A stretch of 64,000 nucleotides of DNA from a virus, in IMG/VR virus record IMGVR_UViG_3300042554_002903, positions 2,773 to 66,772 of that record; one strand, given 5' to 3'. Under the pieces are notes generated by a model. It was given only the letters and a program-made list of their open reading frames with translations, did no database searches and had not been told where the DNA came from. Position numbers and translations under genes: made by a program. Position 1 is the first letter of the stretch, and every line of letters starts with the position of its first letter. This document shows, piece after piece, positions 31,604 through 42,126 of this stretch.

Positions 31604-33031
31604 TTACTTTCCTTTATTTAATTCGTCTGCTTTTTTCTGCAACTCCTCTACACCTTTTTCTACGGCTTCGAGTACCTTTGTTCCCCCTTCGAAATCACCA
31701 ACACCGGGTACGTACTTTGTCTTCTCAATATAGTACCCGTTTAAACCTGTCTCATCGGTTATGTAATAAAATACCCGATAAGTAGGTTTCAGAGAATAGT
31801 AATTTGATTTAACGCCGTTGCTCATGAATTTACCTTCCTCATTTATACGAAGTGGTAATCCAGCTACATCAGACGGAAGAACAACCAGCTTTTGTATGAG
31901 AGGTTTTGTAATGGTATTTTTTGGTTGACCGGCTTCCCACGTACTTGCGTTCATAGTTGATGCTCCAAGTTGTACACTTTTGGGACTCACTGCTACATTG
32001 TACTCGTACTCTGTCTTAATCTTAGCAGTAGGATGAGATGCTATCTTGTACTGGTCACCTTCTACAATACGATTGGTCTGAGACCCAACCTCAAGGCCGG
32101 TGTTTACGTTAACGTAATTATTATTTACCCGCTGTAAGTAGAAACGCTGTGCACTCCTGGCTCTTGTGTATTGAGCCATCTCTTCCATCAGGGTCTTCTT
32201 TAATTTTTCGGTATCTTCAAACGGTATATTTCTTACAGCGGCGTATTGTTCTCTAAAGTCTTCATAAGCCAATGTCTGATCAGCAGAAGCCTCTATAGAT
32301 GCAGGAGTATCTCTAAGACCTTTAGCTAAAGCATAAGCTTCTGCGTCTTTTATGGTTACAAAAGGAAGTAGACTTTCTTCCGTAACCTTGCCCCCATTTT
32401 TATCTGTAACCTCGAAGCGCTGCGAGAAATTGGGAAGACTGCTTCCTGTCTTCATGATCTGAGCCTGTAGTGCTATCTTAGGTGGCATGTATAAATGCAC
32501 ATCGCCGGTATCAGCAACAGCCACATAAGGACTCTCAATACCCTTGGCTCTTGTTTTCTCAACAAGATCTTTATAAGTACTGGCTGTATTGTAAATATTC
32601 TGAAACTCCCTCACCTCTGGAGCTACGTACATTGTACGTTCTGCAGCGGGGGTAAGCATCTTATCGATCTCGGCAAAGCGCATACTCTTAGCTGTGAGTT
32701 CGGCCATCTTTGTATTGTAGGTAGTGCGTATATCCCAGAGTTTATTTTTCCAATTGGGATCACCACTGTTCCTTGCTTCCATTGCGGCGTCCTTTGCTTC
32801 AACACTTAATCTCATGGCTTCATCGACAACAAGACGGTGTTGTTTAAACTTACCGTTCAAAGCAAAGTCTTCCATTGTCTTGCGATACTCTTCCTCGTCT
32901 CTCTGTGCTTTCTCTGCACCTATCTTCTGCCTGTTGAGGTCCGCTTGCATGTTCATGCGACCGAGAGTGGCTGCATCATTTAGCTGTGCACTGAGGCCCG
33001 TTCCAAGTCCTACGTCAATACTGTTTTCCAT
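31604..33031 (-). CDS. internal virion (cargo) protein
   Basis: Helical N-terminus; position between the tail and giant cargo genes. Confidence 0.6.
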   Translation of the reverse strand: MENSIDVGLGTGLSAQLNDAATLGRMNMQADLNRQKIGAEKAQRDEEEYRKTMEDFALNGKFKQHRLVVDEAMRLSVEAKDAAMEARNSGDPNWKNKLWDIRTTYNTKMAELTAKSMRFAEIDKMLTPAAERTMYVAPEVREFQNIYNTASTYKDLVEKTRAKGIESPYVAVADTGDVHLYMPPKIALQAQIMKTGSSLPNFSQRFEVTDKNGGKVTEESLLPFVTIKDAEAYALAKGLRDTPASIEASADQTLAYEDFREQYAAVRNIPFEDTEKLKKTLMEEMAQYTRARSAQRFYLQRVNNNYVNVNTGLEVGSQTNRIVEGDQYKIASHPTAKIKTEYEYNVAVSPKSVQLGASTMNASTWEAGQPKNTITKPLIQKLVVLPSDVAGLPLRINEEGKFMSNGVKSNYYSLKPTYRVFYYITDETGLNGYYIEKTKYVPGVGDFEGGTKVLEAVEKGVEELQKKADELNKGK

Positions 33032-33918
33032 TATTTAAAATTGTAAGAACTGGGCTGCATACCATAGAAACCATCAGCTCCTTTAACCATACCTTTCCTT
33101 GAACCATAGAAACCATCGGCTCCTTGCGTTAATCCCGGCATCTTGTTGGGGTCAACCGAAGCGTCGTAACCATAAGGTACATTCCTACCTTGTTCCATAC
33201 CTTCAAATATCGGAGCCATTCCTTGCTGATTGTACGGGTCTAATGTAGAAACAGGGTAGTCCATAGTAGGTTGTGCACCACCGGAATTACCACCGGAGTA
33301 ACCACCGGAGTAACCACCGGAACCGCCAAACATTTTGCGGACTGCCGGCATACCGTAGTCGATAGCCTGAGCCATATTTCCTGTGCCGGCACGCAGTGCC
33401 CCACCAAGGGCTTGTTCCTGCATGAGTCTGTACTGACGACGAGCCTGGGTATCCATATTCATTTGAGACACCAGAGAGCGACGAGCTGATTCTAATTGTC
33501 CCATGGCTGTTCTCCTTTCCTGATCACTCATCTGAGCCAGGCGGAGTCCAAGGTTTGCTGTGTCGACAGATGCTGCACGGGCCAGGTATGAACCCATCCC
33601 GGAACTGCTGTCTGCTATATTACGATAACGGGCGGCCTGTTGTGATTGTGCGGTATTAGTTGCCAGATCGAGATAGGATTGAGGTACTCCTTGTTCCATT
33701 CTTTCCTGGAACATACTCACGTTCTGTTTTAAAGGGTCTAAGTTGTCGCTGAACTGAGCCATCCTTTGTTTGCGTAGCTGATTCAGTCTGTATAGTGATA
33801 CACCAGATTGAACGAGGCCCAATCCAAACTGGGCTGCAGCAAAGGCTGGGTTTGCCATACCTGCAGCAGAGGCAAGGTATCCCATGTTGGCGGCATTATT
33901 TAAAGGTGTAGCCATCAA
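33031..33918 (-). CDS. internal virion (pilot/ejection) protein
   Basis: Ala/Gly/Gln-rich; N-terminal hydrophobic helix; GGYS repeats. Confidence 0.6.
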   Translation of the reverse strand: MMATPLNNAANMGYLASAAGMANPAFAAAQFGLGLVQSGVSLYRLNQLRKQRMAQFSDNLDPLKQNVSMFQERMEQGVPQSYLDLATNTAQSQQAARYRNIADSSSGMGSYLARAASVDTANLGLRLAQMSDQERRTAMGQLESARRSLVSQMNMDTQARRQYRLMQEQALGGALRAGTGNMAQAIDYGMPAVRKMFGGSGGYSGGYSGGNSGGAQPTMDYPVSTLDPYNQQGMAPIFEGMEQGRNVPYGYDASVDPNKMPGLTQGADGFYGSRKGMVKGADGFYGMQPSSYNFK

Positions 33919-33937
33919 CTACAAATATACAACCGTT

Positions 33938-36900
33938 TTAACGATTATACAAACGAGGGCTTGGTCGGACTTTAACTATGTAATTGTTTAATCTCTGATA
34001 CACATTGTTCTCGAATACGAATGTACTCAATAAATATCTACCGAATAGACGTGAGGTATCACCTGTTGTTGATCCCGGTACTCCTGTATTCTGGATGGCA
34101 GCGTAGTGGTAGTCCTCGCGTGTTTCAAAATCTGTATCTTCCAAATCACTCTGATGCGCAGAGGTTGCGAATAAGATTTTGTAGGGTGCAAGGTCTGAGA
34201 CCGATTGAACGGCTTCGTAATACTTGGTAACATTCGGCTCCCAGTTTAACACCGAGGTAACAAATGGTTCATACGTATTACCATAGTACGTGGCATAACC
34301 TGTCTTGTCGTGTACGTATATCTGCTTCTGGTTTGCCGGGTTAGGACTTAAGAAGTTGTTGATATGGGAGATGTACATGTCGGGCCAGTATGAATGCTGA
34401 GATCTCCAGCGGTTAGCCAGTTCATCCCATACGATTGTGATACGAGTATATATAGCAGGGTAGGATTCCACACCGAATGGACCGGTCCAGAAATCTTCCC
34501 AGTCTTCACCTACTCCGGGTTCGTATTCATCGCCGCTTACAGTGAATGTTGACTTAGCTACGTAAATGTAAGGGAGACCGTCCGGACCCTTTGAGTTCAG
34601 GGTGTAACCGAGATCGCCCTGGTTGAAAGCACCTGCCGAGCCCCAGTGACGAACCGCATCGAAGTTGAAAGACTTCATAGTGAAGATGGCTTCGTTGTGT
34701 CTGTCATTCCACACACCGTGAACACCGTAACCCGTGATGGGTTCGCTGTACGATCTCAAGAAGTCGGCATCCTCAAGTAGGAAGGAACGTATACCCATGT
34801 CGGATATCACCTTGGTTCCATCTGCACCGAAGCGGATAATCCTGCGGAGCTGATCGTTGTACCAGTACGCAGTCGTCTTTCCGTTTGGTGTTTTACCTAC
34901 TACTATACTCCACTTCTTATCGGTACCTATGGAGCTTAACTCCTGACCTGTATTTGGGAGTATACCGCCGGTTCCCAACACTACCTCTATTCCGGAAGGA
35001 TCGGTGGTCAGACTTGTTTCGTTGCTGTACAAACGACGGAAGGAGTTTAGTTGCCAACTGTAGAGAGCCCCATTCATTGAAGCTATGTGGGATATGGCGC
35101 CATGGGTGGCATCGAGGTCTATGAAATCTGCGGGTTTGAATATGCGGTAGTTATTTTTTTCTGAGCCCGATTGCTTACGTTGAGAGTAAGCTACACGCAC
35201 GGGATTGTTACCGTCGTAGTCGTCGTTCTCATCGTAACCGGCCTCACTCAGAGGAGGTTTGTTGAAATTGTATCCGGTGTCGTATGCATTCTGGTTTGTT
35301 ACCTCTGGCCATTGTTCAATCCAGTATGCCAAACCGTTTCCAATTGTACCGACAACGTAAGTCTGGGTACCGCTTGTTTGCAGATTATCTACATACTGAG
35401 GGAATAAGTAACCCGGACCGGTGTGAGACCCATCGTGTTCTTTGACTTTACGTAACTGTGTGTTCGCTACGTTCTGAGAGTAGAAAGAAGATGCTATACC
35501 CTCACCGATATAAGAGTTCTGTGCCAATTGGGTATGTGTCTTCTGAGTATACACATCACCATATACATCCAAGGAAGAGGTGGTATAATTATCATCAACC
35601 CTAACTTGTGCATTACACGAGTGGTATTGAGTAAGCTCTTTATTCTTATTATACTTCTGATAACCACCTTTGTCGCGGAAGATAACACCGTAATAGAAAC
35701 CGTTGGTCGGAGGTGTTGTTATAGCAGATGCTAATTCAAATACAACATCGGGTCTCCACTTCAAGTTCCCATCAGCGAGTGAGATTTTATCCGCACCAGA
35801 GGTGGAGAGCTGAGATGCTCCGTCTCTTAACTTGTAATAATCCGTTATTGTTCTACGCTGTAAGGTAGGATAAGCACCATTCACTCCAAAATAACCGTAC
35901 TGGTCACGATAAGAGGAAAAACCTGCTACCTTAGAACGAAGAAAATAATGAGAAGTAGAAGAACGAGCGGGAGCCCCAAAGTAAAACAACTGGTCTCCGG
36001 ATTCGAATTCATAATCTGTGCTTCCAAGCATGATATCAGGACAGAAACCAAATGCAAAGTTAGAAGAGTTTACACGGGAACCTGTAGGGAACGCATTAGT
36101 ACCGCTATACGTATGAGGCCAAACAGTGTTTGGTGTACCTGGAACGCTCTCACCAGGTAGGAATACACCGGTAGCTATCACCTCTCTATCAACATCGGCT
36201 CGTACTATTTCGTAGGCGTCGATCAAGCGGAAGAGCTGCTCGCCGGTTGTGGGTTCTATGTACTGTAAATTGATACCGGCAAACCGAACAAAGAAAGAGT
36301 TGGTCTTGGTATTGGCTGCGTTTGTAAAGTTGAGCTTGACATTGTTCGCAGTCCGACGTCCGGAGTACGAACTCGCTTCGCCATCAATTGTGATATCGTC
36401 TACCCAATATGCACGGCTCCACTTACCGGTATCTTTCCAACGTACTCGTATACCGTAACGATAGGTTTCCATGAACATGTGAGACCCAAAGCGGTTCACA
36501 TTAACCGGGACTTGGTACTCACCGTACTTGTAATCGGCCTCACTATTCGTTAAAGAAGTAATGGTTGAATCCAACACACCAACGGAATCAAGCTCCTTAT
36601 TCTCAAGACTATGGGTAATTGTCTCAGCCCACGTAGTTAAGTCAAGGTCAGCTTGCTCCTTACAGCCGGCAACAAACATGCGACCATGATGTATAGCAAA
36701 TGATTCGATCTTACTGTACTTGACCATGGCTTCGGCTATCTCATTTGTACCCAGAGGTATGTCGTCTTCACCTACACCGGTGTGCTCAAGCTGTAAAGTA
36801 GTTGTTGATTCCGTAAGGTTGTATCTCCTCACTACTTTAGCAGTGAAGGAGTCTCCTATGTACTCAACAGCTACGAGCTCAAAGAATTTATAAACACCCT

Positions 36901-38137
36901 GGGGTATGTTGTCAAGCAGGAGCCTGACACTTTTATCCGTTACCTCGCCGTCAATACCGCCACTTATTTTAGACGGCTTGCTTATTGTAGCGGGGTAAAC
37001 CGGTACGGGATTTGTAAAAGGGATCAGTTCTGTAGCAATCAGGTCCTCAGTTATGAAACGACCTGAGTATCTTTTATTGCCGGAAGACAGACGTCCGCCG
37101 CCTTCGATAACGCTATTGAATTCCAGGAAGCATGCCGGACTTTTAAGGAAGAAGTAGGTTTCAGAATCTATACTCTGGAGATCGTAACGACCACCGTTTA
37201 CAGATAGACATGAATCCTGTACGTAGTGAGACCCAGCTACAGCGGTGTCGAGTCTGTCGACTTCCACAACCCTGGGTTTAGTATTACGGTCAGTCATGTA
37301 CAGGAACACTTTGTTTCCAATTCTTTCAGCACTCATCTGCACGCGAAACTCCTGGGAGAATCCGAGCTGGCGACTGCGCAGTAGACGCTTGTAAGAGTAA
37401 GCTTCTGTATTCTCGTTAAACTCTATGACTCCGATCTCGACAACCTGAGTTGACTGATAGTAATTATTACGAGTAGCGGATACCAGGAAGATTTCTCCAC
37501 CCATGTCTACACTACCTATTGGTTTCAGGTCTTCATCCTTATCGAAGTATTCCTGAATCAATTCTATCCTCTGGATTACATTACCAGTAAAGGCAAGACC
37601 CCAATCGAAATCTACGATAGCTGCCGATGTTACATCGAAGTAACCCGAGTTGCTACCTGTAGTTGTGAGTGTGCTGTATGTAAAAGGTACAGCACCGTAG
37701 TACTGATACAATCCGTTGGTCGCATCGTCGATCAGTAATTTGATCTGAGTAAAGTAGGCCGAGATGGTTGAAAAATTAACAAGAGGTCCACCATAATCAG
37801 TGAAGTCCATTGCGAGCTGGGACGTACCTGCGAATGGTATCATACCCTCGTCTATGATCGTGAGTGTACCAGTCCTTGCATCAGGGTCAATAGCAGGAGA
37901 AGGAATTAAATCCTTCTGTATGTATATCCTGTACTTCCTACCGGTAGTTTGTGTTACTTGCGGTAGCGTGAGGCCCAACCCATTTCCTTTGACCGGTAAG
38001 ACCACATTGTTATCGCTACCGGTATTATCACGAGTGCGTATATCGAAAGCATCCGTATAAGAACCACCACCCACATTGAGCAGGTCATTGTCCATATCCA
38101 GTCCTGCGACTGGTGTTATTCTGATTGGTTGACTCAT
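33938..38137 (-). CDS. tail stabilisation/muzzle protein (crAss-like, P22 gp10-related)
   Basis: 1399 aa; GLDMDND N-terminus, ETYRYGI.W, RVAYS, DLDATHGAISHI, GVWND; follows three ring-sized genes. Confidence 0.75.
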   Translation of the reverse strand: MSQPIRITPVAGLDMDNDLLNVGGGSYTDAFDIRTRDNTGSDNNVVLPVKGNGLGLTLPQVTQTTGRKYRIYIQKDLIPSPAIDPDARTGTLTIIDEGMIPFAGTSQLAMDFTDYGGPLVNFSTISAYFTQIKLLIDDATNGLYQYYGAVPFTYSTLTTTGSNSGYFDVTSAAIVDFDWGLAFTGNVIQRIELIQEYFDKDEDLKPIGSVDMGGEIFLVSATRNNYYQSTQVVEIGVIEFNENTEAYSYKRLLRSRQLGFSQEFRVQMSAERIGNKVFLYMTDRNTKPRVVEVDRLDTAVAGSHYVQDSCLSVNGGRYDLQSIDSETYFFLKSPACFLEFNSVIEGGGRLSSGNKRYSGRFITEDLIATELIPFTNPVPVYPATISKPSKISGGIDGEVTDKSVRLLLDNIPQGVYKFFELVAVEYIGDSFTAKVVRRYNLTESTTTLQLEHTGVGEDDIPLGTNEIAEAMVKYSKIESFAIHHGRMFVAGCKEQADLDLTTWAETITHSLENKELDSVGVLDSTITSLTNSEADYKYGEYQVPVNVNRFGSHMFMETYRYGIRVRWKDTGKWSRAYWVDDITIDGEASSYSGRRTANNVKLNFTNAANTKTNSFFVRFAGINLQYIEPTTGEQLFRLIDAYEIVRADVDREVIATGVFLPGESVPGTPNTVWPHTYSGTNAFPTGSRVNSSNFAFGFCPDIMLGSTDYEFESGDQLFYFGAPARSSTSHYFLRSKVAGFSSYRDQYGYFGVNGAYPTLQRRTITDYYKLRDGASQLSTSGADKISLADGNLKWRPDVVFELASAITTPPTNGFYYGVIFRDKGGYQKYNKNKELTQYHSCNAQVRVDDNYTTSSLDVYGDVYTQKTHTQLAQNSYIGEGIASSFYSQNVANTQLRKVKEHDGSHTGPGYLFPQYVDNLQTSGTQTYVVGTIGNGLAYWIEQWPEVTNQNAYDTGYNFNKPPLSEAGYDENDDYDGNNPVRVAYSQRKQSGSEKNNYRIFKPADFIDLDATHGAISHIASMNGALYSWQLNSFRRLYSNETSLTTDPSGIEVVLGTGGILPNTGQELSSIGTDKKWSIVVGKTPNGKTTAYWYNDQLRRIIRFGADGTKVISDMGIRSFLLEDADFLRSYSEPITGYGVHGVWNDRHNEAIFTMKSFNFDAVRHWGSAGAFNQGDLGYTLNSKGPDGLPYIYVAKSTFTVSGDEYEPGVGEDWEDFWTGPFGVESYPAIYTRITIVWDELANRWRSQHSYWPDMYISHINNFLSPNPANQKQIYVHDKTGYATYYGNTYEPFVTSVLNWEPNVTKYYEAVQSVSDLAPYKILFATSAHQSDLEDTDFETREDYHYAAIQNTGVPGSTTGDTSRLFGRYLLSTFVFENNVYQRLNNYIVKVRPSPRLYNR

Positions 38138-38631
38138 TATACCAGAGCTTGTTTTTGATTGGTGTACTCACGCTTGTACTGATCAATCACGAACTGATTG
38201 AACTTGTCGAAGTGCTTGAGTGTGTACTTCCAACAGAAGTAACCAACCAGCATGCGCTCCCAGTCATCAGGTATAATCGGGTCACCATTGCTATCGGTAG
38301 CGAGAGCTTTGTATGTAACCGATACTTCGTCACCGTCTTCAAGACCGTTGTCGCTGCAGAAGGCGATGTAATTATCCATCACGTCATAATCCCTGCCTTC
38401 GCAGTACGAAGTACATTCCTCACCGCCTACCGAAACAATAGAGATGAAGTCGTCGGGCAGCAGCGCTTTACCGTCGAACAATTCAATGTCGCGAGTCTTT
38501 GTCTTGAATACTTTATAGGACTTGAAAGTCTTGAATACCTGGCGAGAAAGGATCTCGAACCATAGGAAATTCTCCTGGTATGATGCGCCCAACTGCTCAC
38601 ATGCGGAAGCTATTGCGTCATTTAATCTCAT
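38137..38631 (-). CDS. tail ring/tubular protein
   Basis: ALLPDDFISI, VTYKALATDSNGDPIIPD. Confidence 0.7.
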   Translation of the reverse strand: MRLNDAIASACEQLGASYQENFLWFEILSRQVFKTFKSYKVFKTKTRDIELFDGKALLPDDFISIVSVGGEECTSYCEGRDYDVMDNYIAFCSDNGLEDGDEVSVTYKALATDSNGDPIIPDDWERMLVGYFCWKYTLKHFDKFNQFVIDQYKREYTNQKQALV

Positions 38632-39275
38632 TTGAGTTGTGGTTTATCTTGCGAATTTGAAATCAGATCTGCCGGCATGCGCAGTTTACTGAAGAGTGAA
38701 GTAGTAACGAGTTCAATCAATTCCCTTTCAACCGTTGAGTCAACAGGGTATCTATCGGTATCTTTCCGGTAACCCGGTACTTCTGTCGGATCGTTAAAGA
38801 TGGCCTGTACTTTTATCTTCTCGAGCTTTGGATTACCGAAGCAGCGGATAAGAGAACGGTTCTGCAGTGTCACCAGGAATTCCCAGGTGATATCTTTCTT
38901 AATACGGGAACGGAATACGGAGTGCATAGTGAGGCCCGAATAAGAACCGCGATGTCTGATGAATGGTTTTATACCATTGATATGGCCGACATAAACGAAG
39001 CCGTCTATTTGTGAGTCCGTACTGATAACAGTAGGGCATTCGAAATCAACAGCTCCGCAGTCCAGATCTCTTTCGACCTGATCGATGTCCAACTCCTGCA
39101 GCCAGGCATCGTTGATATAATCCCTTCCTTTAGAGAGGAATGTCTGTATGACGATTGCCCTGGCCTGATGTATTTTCCTCTCGAGGTATAAATCATCAAG
39201 CTTGCTTTCATCTGCATTTATACCTGATTGCAGGTCTCGACGTACTACGTCAACTATTTGGCTTAGTGTACTCAC
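38628..39275 (-). CDS. tail ring/tubular protein
   Basis: KVQAIFNDPTEV...YPVD...SNSQD, crAss ring-protein-like. Confidence 0.7.
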   Translation of the reverse strand: MSTLSQIVDVVRRDLQSGINADESKLDDLYLERKIHQARAIVIQTFLSKGRDYINDAWLQELDIDQVERDLDCGAVDFECPTVISTDSQIDGFVYVGHINGIKPFIRHRGSYSGLTMHSVFRSRIKKDITWEFLVTLQNRSLIRCFGNPKLEKIKVQAIFNDPTEVPGYRKDTDRYPVDSTVERELIELVTTSLFSKLRMPADLISNSQDKPQLK

Positions 39276-40075
39276 GGGTTATCTATGATTGCTTTAGTTG
39301 CTATTTGTAATGTACCCATGTCACGAGTTCTTTCACCACCCAGTCTTATGCACTCGTCCAACAGACGGTACATGAACTTGAGAGTGTAATAGTCTTCGAG
39401 CTCTTCGACGGTGTCGTCCACGTCGATGTCCACAGGGGGAGCGGATAAGTAGTCAATAAGTACATAGCTTGGTGTTGGGTATAGAACAAATGTTCTCGGG
39501 TTTATTCCCGATATATCTGCTGTTAATTCATATCTCGGACTGAACTTATCTCCGATTGTAGTAGGACCTTTCTTCCTATCGGGTTCCAGAGGAGAGGCTT
39601 CAGTCTTGGTGCGGAGGTAGAGTGCATCGGCTTCAACGTGAGTGTAACCCGTGATGTATATCTTACTTCCTCTTACCTTACCTACTGTGTACTCGGCATC
39701 CGGACTTCCGTCAACCTTGCAGATGATAGTATCACCTTTACGTACTGAGTGACCAGGTACAGTAACCACACCGTCTACAATTGTATACGAGAGCAGCTCG
39801 TCAAATACAAATGCCATTCTGAGTAGATGCAAGTAGGTGTTAACAAGTCTCTCTACTGTCAGTTTATTTCCTGCAGGGATAGCCTTTTCATTTTTAGTGA
39901 GGCCGAATCCGAGCTCATCGGCTTCCCTTTGTGTATCTGTATTGTCGTAAATAGAAGAGACCAATCTATACATCGCCTCTTTGATGAGTCTATTCTTCTT
40001 CGTGGAATCAATGAAGGCGCTGTACGCCTTGTCCCATTTATCATCGAAGATCTTACCAAATTCTTGACCGGTCAT
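39272..40075 (-). CDS. tail ring/tubular protein
   Basis: MTGQEF..FD..WDK N-terminus; IDYLSAP; position. Confidence 0.65.
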   Translation of the reverse strand: MTGQEFGKIFDDKWDKAYSAFIDSTKKNRLIKEAMYRLVSSIYDNTDTQREADELGFGLTKNEKAIPAGNKLTVERLVNTYLHLLRMAFVFDELLSYTIVDGVVTVPGHSVRKGDTIICKVDGSPDAEYTVGKVRGSKIYITGYTHVEADALYLRTKTEASPLEPDRKKGPTTIGDKFSPRYELTADISGINPRTFVLYPTPSYVLIDYLSAPPVDIDVDDTVEELEDYYTLKFMYRLLDECIRLGGERTRDMGTLQIATKAIIDNP

Positions 40076-40092
40076 ATACTACAAAGTTAATA

Positions 40093-40123
40093 AAAAAACC
40101 CGATACTTTCGCACCGGGTTTTC
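40093..40123 (-). terminator. intrinsic terminator
   Basis: AAACCCG...CGGGTTT hairpin with an A-run on + (U-run on -). Confidence 0.65.
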
Positions 40124-40157
40124 TTGAAATGAAACTATCAACAAACAAAAATGGTTT

Positions 40158-41018
40158 TCAATTTTCAGCTTCCGCTTTTTTACTCGCTGCCTTCTTGCTC
40201 CCGGATGTCGCTGGAAGAAGTTCAAGTGCCGCCTGGCTCAGATCAGATGCATCAAGCGTCTTGATCTTAACCCGGTTCTCCTTGTCGATCTTATCGACTT
40301 CCTGCGCTACGTAGTTGCGGTACAGTTCTTCATTACCCAACAACAGGTTGGCAAGTGTCTTCTCGCTTGAGCCACCGTTCTGGCCGGCGATCATGTACAC
40401 ACCGTGCTCGTATGTAGCCAGCCCGTAGCGGATAGCTTTGGATGCATACACAGCGGCTTGCTTTTCCTTCTCGGTCATGCGACCATAAGCGATAACATTG
40501 CCGCGATCAAGCACCGCTTTACCTTCAAGGTTGGAACCAAGGAGTTCGAGGATCATCTCTTTCTCGCTCATACCGGTAGGGTTAATACCCAGGCTCCAGC
40601 ACAGGTCCAACTTCTTATCGACTTCCATACGCAGTACGTCGGATACGATCTCCAGTTTTTCCATGAGGTCTGAAAAGTTCGCGTTGATCTTCTCGCTCTT
40701 GTACACCACCTCAACCAAAGGATTGGTCGAATTAGCGTTGGTCACACCTTGAGCAAAGCACAACGGGTGACTCTTCAGGAAGCGCATTACCTGCTGGCCG
40801 TCTTCGGTGGTCAGGTCGAGCATGATGTCCAGACTTCTACCGCCTACGAAGTTGTGTTTGAACACGACATCGTTTGATGACAGGTTGGTAACGATGCGAT
40901 AATGACCGCTACTGAGAGCGATCATATAATTTTCTTTCCCCGAAGCCTTGTCCTTATAAGACCCGGGGAACAAAAGTCCGCCTTTGCGGCTGACAGGGGA
41001 AAGTGTTATTTTATCCAT
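40158..41018 (-). CDS. head-module protein of unknown function
   Basis: 286 aa; FLKSHP; position between capsid and tail genes. Confidence 0.65.
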   Translation of the reverse strand: MDKITLSPVSRKGGLLFPGSYKDKASGKENYMIALSSGHYRIVTNLSSNDVVFKHNFVGGRSLDIMLDLTTEDGQQVMRFLKSHPLCFAQGVTNANSTNPLVEVVYKSEKINANFSDLMEKLEIVSDVLRMEVDKKLDLCWSLGINPTGMSEKEMILELLGSNLEGKAVLDRGNVIAYGRMTEKEKQAAVYASKAIRYGLATYEHGVYMIAGQNGGSSEKTLANLLLGNEELYRNYVAQEVDKIDKENRVKIKTLDASDLSQAALELLPATSGSKKAASKKAEAEN

Positions 41019-41065
41019 AATGGTGGGCGAATATAATACAAAAAATCAGAGAATGCAAATTAAAC

Positions 41066-41100
41066 AAATAACCCCGGTCGAAACCGGGGTTATTATTTTG
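41066..41100. terminator. bidirectional-type intrinsic terminator
   Basis: AATAACCCCGGT-CGAA-ACCGGGGTTATT perfect hairpin. Confidence 0.8.
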
Positions 41101-41105
41101 TATAT

Positions 41106-41241
41106 GCGGTGTAGGCGTGTAGTGACGCCTCGTTTTTAACTTGCCCAGCGACCATACAGAGCGGTGTTCATCCGCTCTGGGCAGCTCAGGACTTGCCCGC
41201 ACCATCTGTAACTTACTACAAGTACCGAACAAGCTCACCGC
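41106..41241 (-). ncRNA. candidate structured small RNA
   Basis: GCGGTG/CACCGC closing stem enclosing several hairpins, between two terminators. Confidence 0.45.
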
Positions 41242-41351
41242 TTTATACATTACAAATTAACAATAATATTTCTTTTTGTTAATCACAAGTTATCCACAAA
41301 CAGAAAAGCCCCAGCAATAAGCTGGAGCCTTCCTGTAGGGGGCAGATTGGG

Positions 41352-42113
41352 TTACGCCAACAGGGTAACTGCTTCCTGTAACTCCTGGCTGATAACACCG
41401 GTTCCGTCGATAGAAGTATCTACCGGGGTCTTGATGATCTTTTCCAGAGCGGTTATAGTAGCGGATTCGCCAGCGTCAATGAAGAGTTCAAACTCAACAA
41501 CTTCAAAGCTACCGGTACCGGCCAGGGTTCCTGCCAGAGGTACAGACATCAATCCTTTGTAGGAAGTGTAAGTACGACCAGCAACAGGTCCGTCGTAACC
41601 GGCAGCCAGCAATTTAGCAGCAGTGTTAACCGCTTCAACACCCGCAGTGGTGATTGCACGGCTAAGGTTTGTAGTAATTGCTTTGCTTACGATACTTGGA
41701 TAACCGGCGTCAGTAGTGATAGTGAAAGTTGTGTCCGAAGCGTAAGCTGCGGTGAACTTGAAACGACCAAGTGCGTTCAGAAGTGCTACGATTCCGTCAA
41801 CAACTCCGCGACCGCTTGCGCCATTCGCGTCAGATGTGTAACGAACTACAGCATTTACGAAAGCGCCGCTGAAGTCATCTACCTTCTGGCTAATGCCGAG
41901 CTGGTAGACAGCACCTGCGGCGCGAGTTACCGTTACGGTGTGAACCGCAGCAGTCTCTGCTACAGCAGCCTGTTTGGTCAGGGTCTGAATGTTCTTCAGG
42001 ACAGCTCCTTTGAAGGTGTTGTTGTAGCTGCTACCGATGGTTAATACACCACCAGCTACTGCTACAGAACCGCCAAAAGAAGCGCGGAAGAAATGTGATT
42101 GCTTTTGTGCCAT
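41352..42113 (-). CDS. capsid auxiliary/decoration protein
   Basis: Ala/Thr/Val-rich beta protein directly downstream of the MCP. Confidence 0.65.
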   Translation of the reverse strand: MAQKQSHFFRASFGGSVAVAGGVLTIGSSYNNTFKGAVLKNIQTLTKQAAVAETAAVHTVTVTRAAGAVYQLGISQKVDDFSGAFVNAVVRYTSDANGASGRGVVDGIVALLNALGRFKFTAAYASDTTFTITTDAGYPSIVSKAITTNLSRAITTAGVEAVNTAAKLLAAGYDGPVAGRTYTSYKGLMSVPLAGTLAGTGSFEVVEFELFIDAGESATITALEKIIKTPVDTSIDGTGVISQELQEAVTLLA

Positions 42114-42126
42114 TGTTGTTTATTGA

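Noticed and set aside
41011-41250. 79-aa minus-strand ORF
   Set aside because: Runs through a strong terminator hairpin and a densely paired region; better explained as non-coding
41290-41298. Single DnaA box as a replication origin
   Set aside because: One 9-mer is expected by chance at this length and no cluster of boxes was seen
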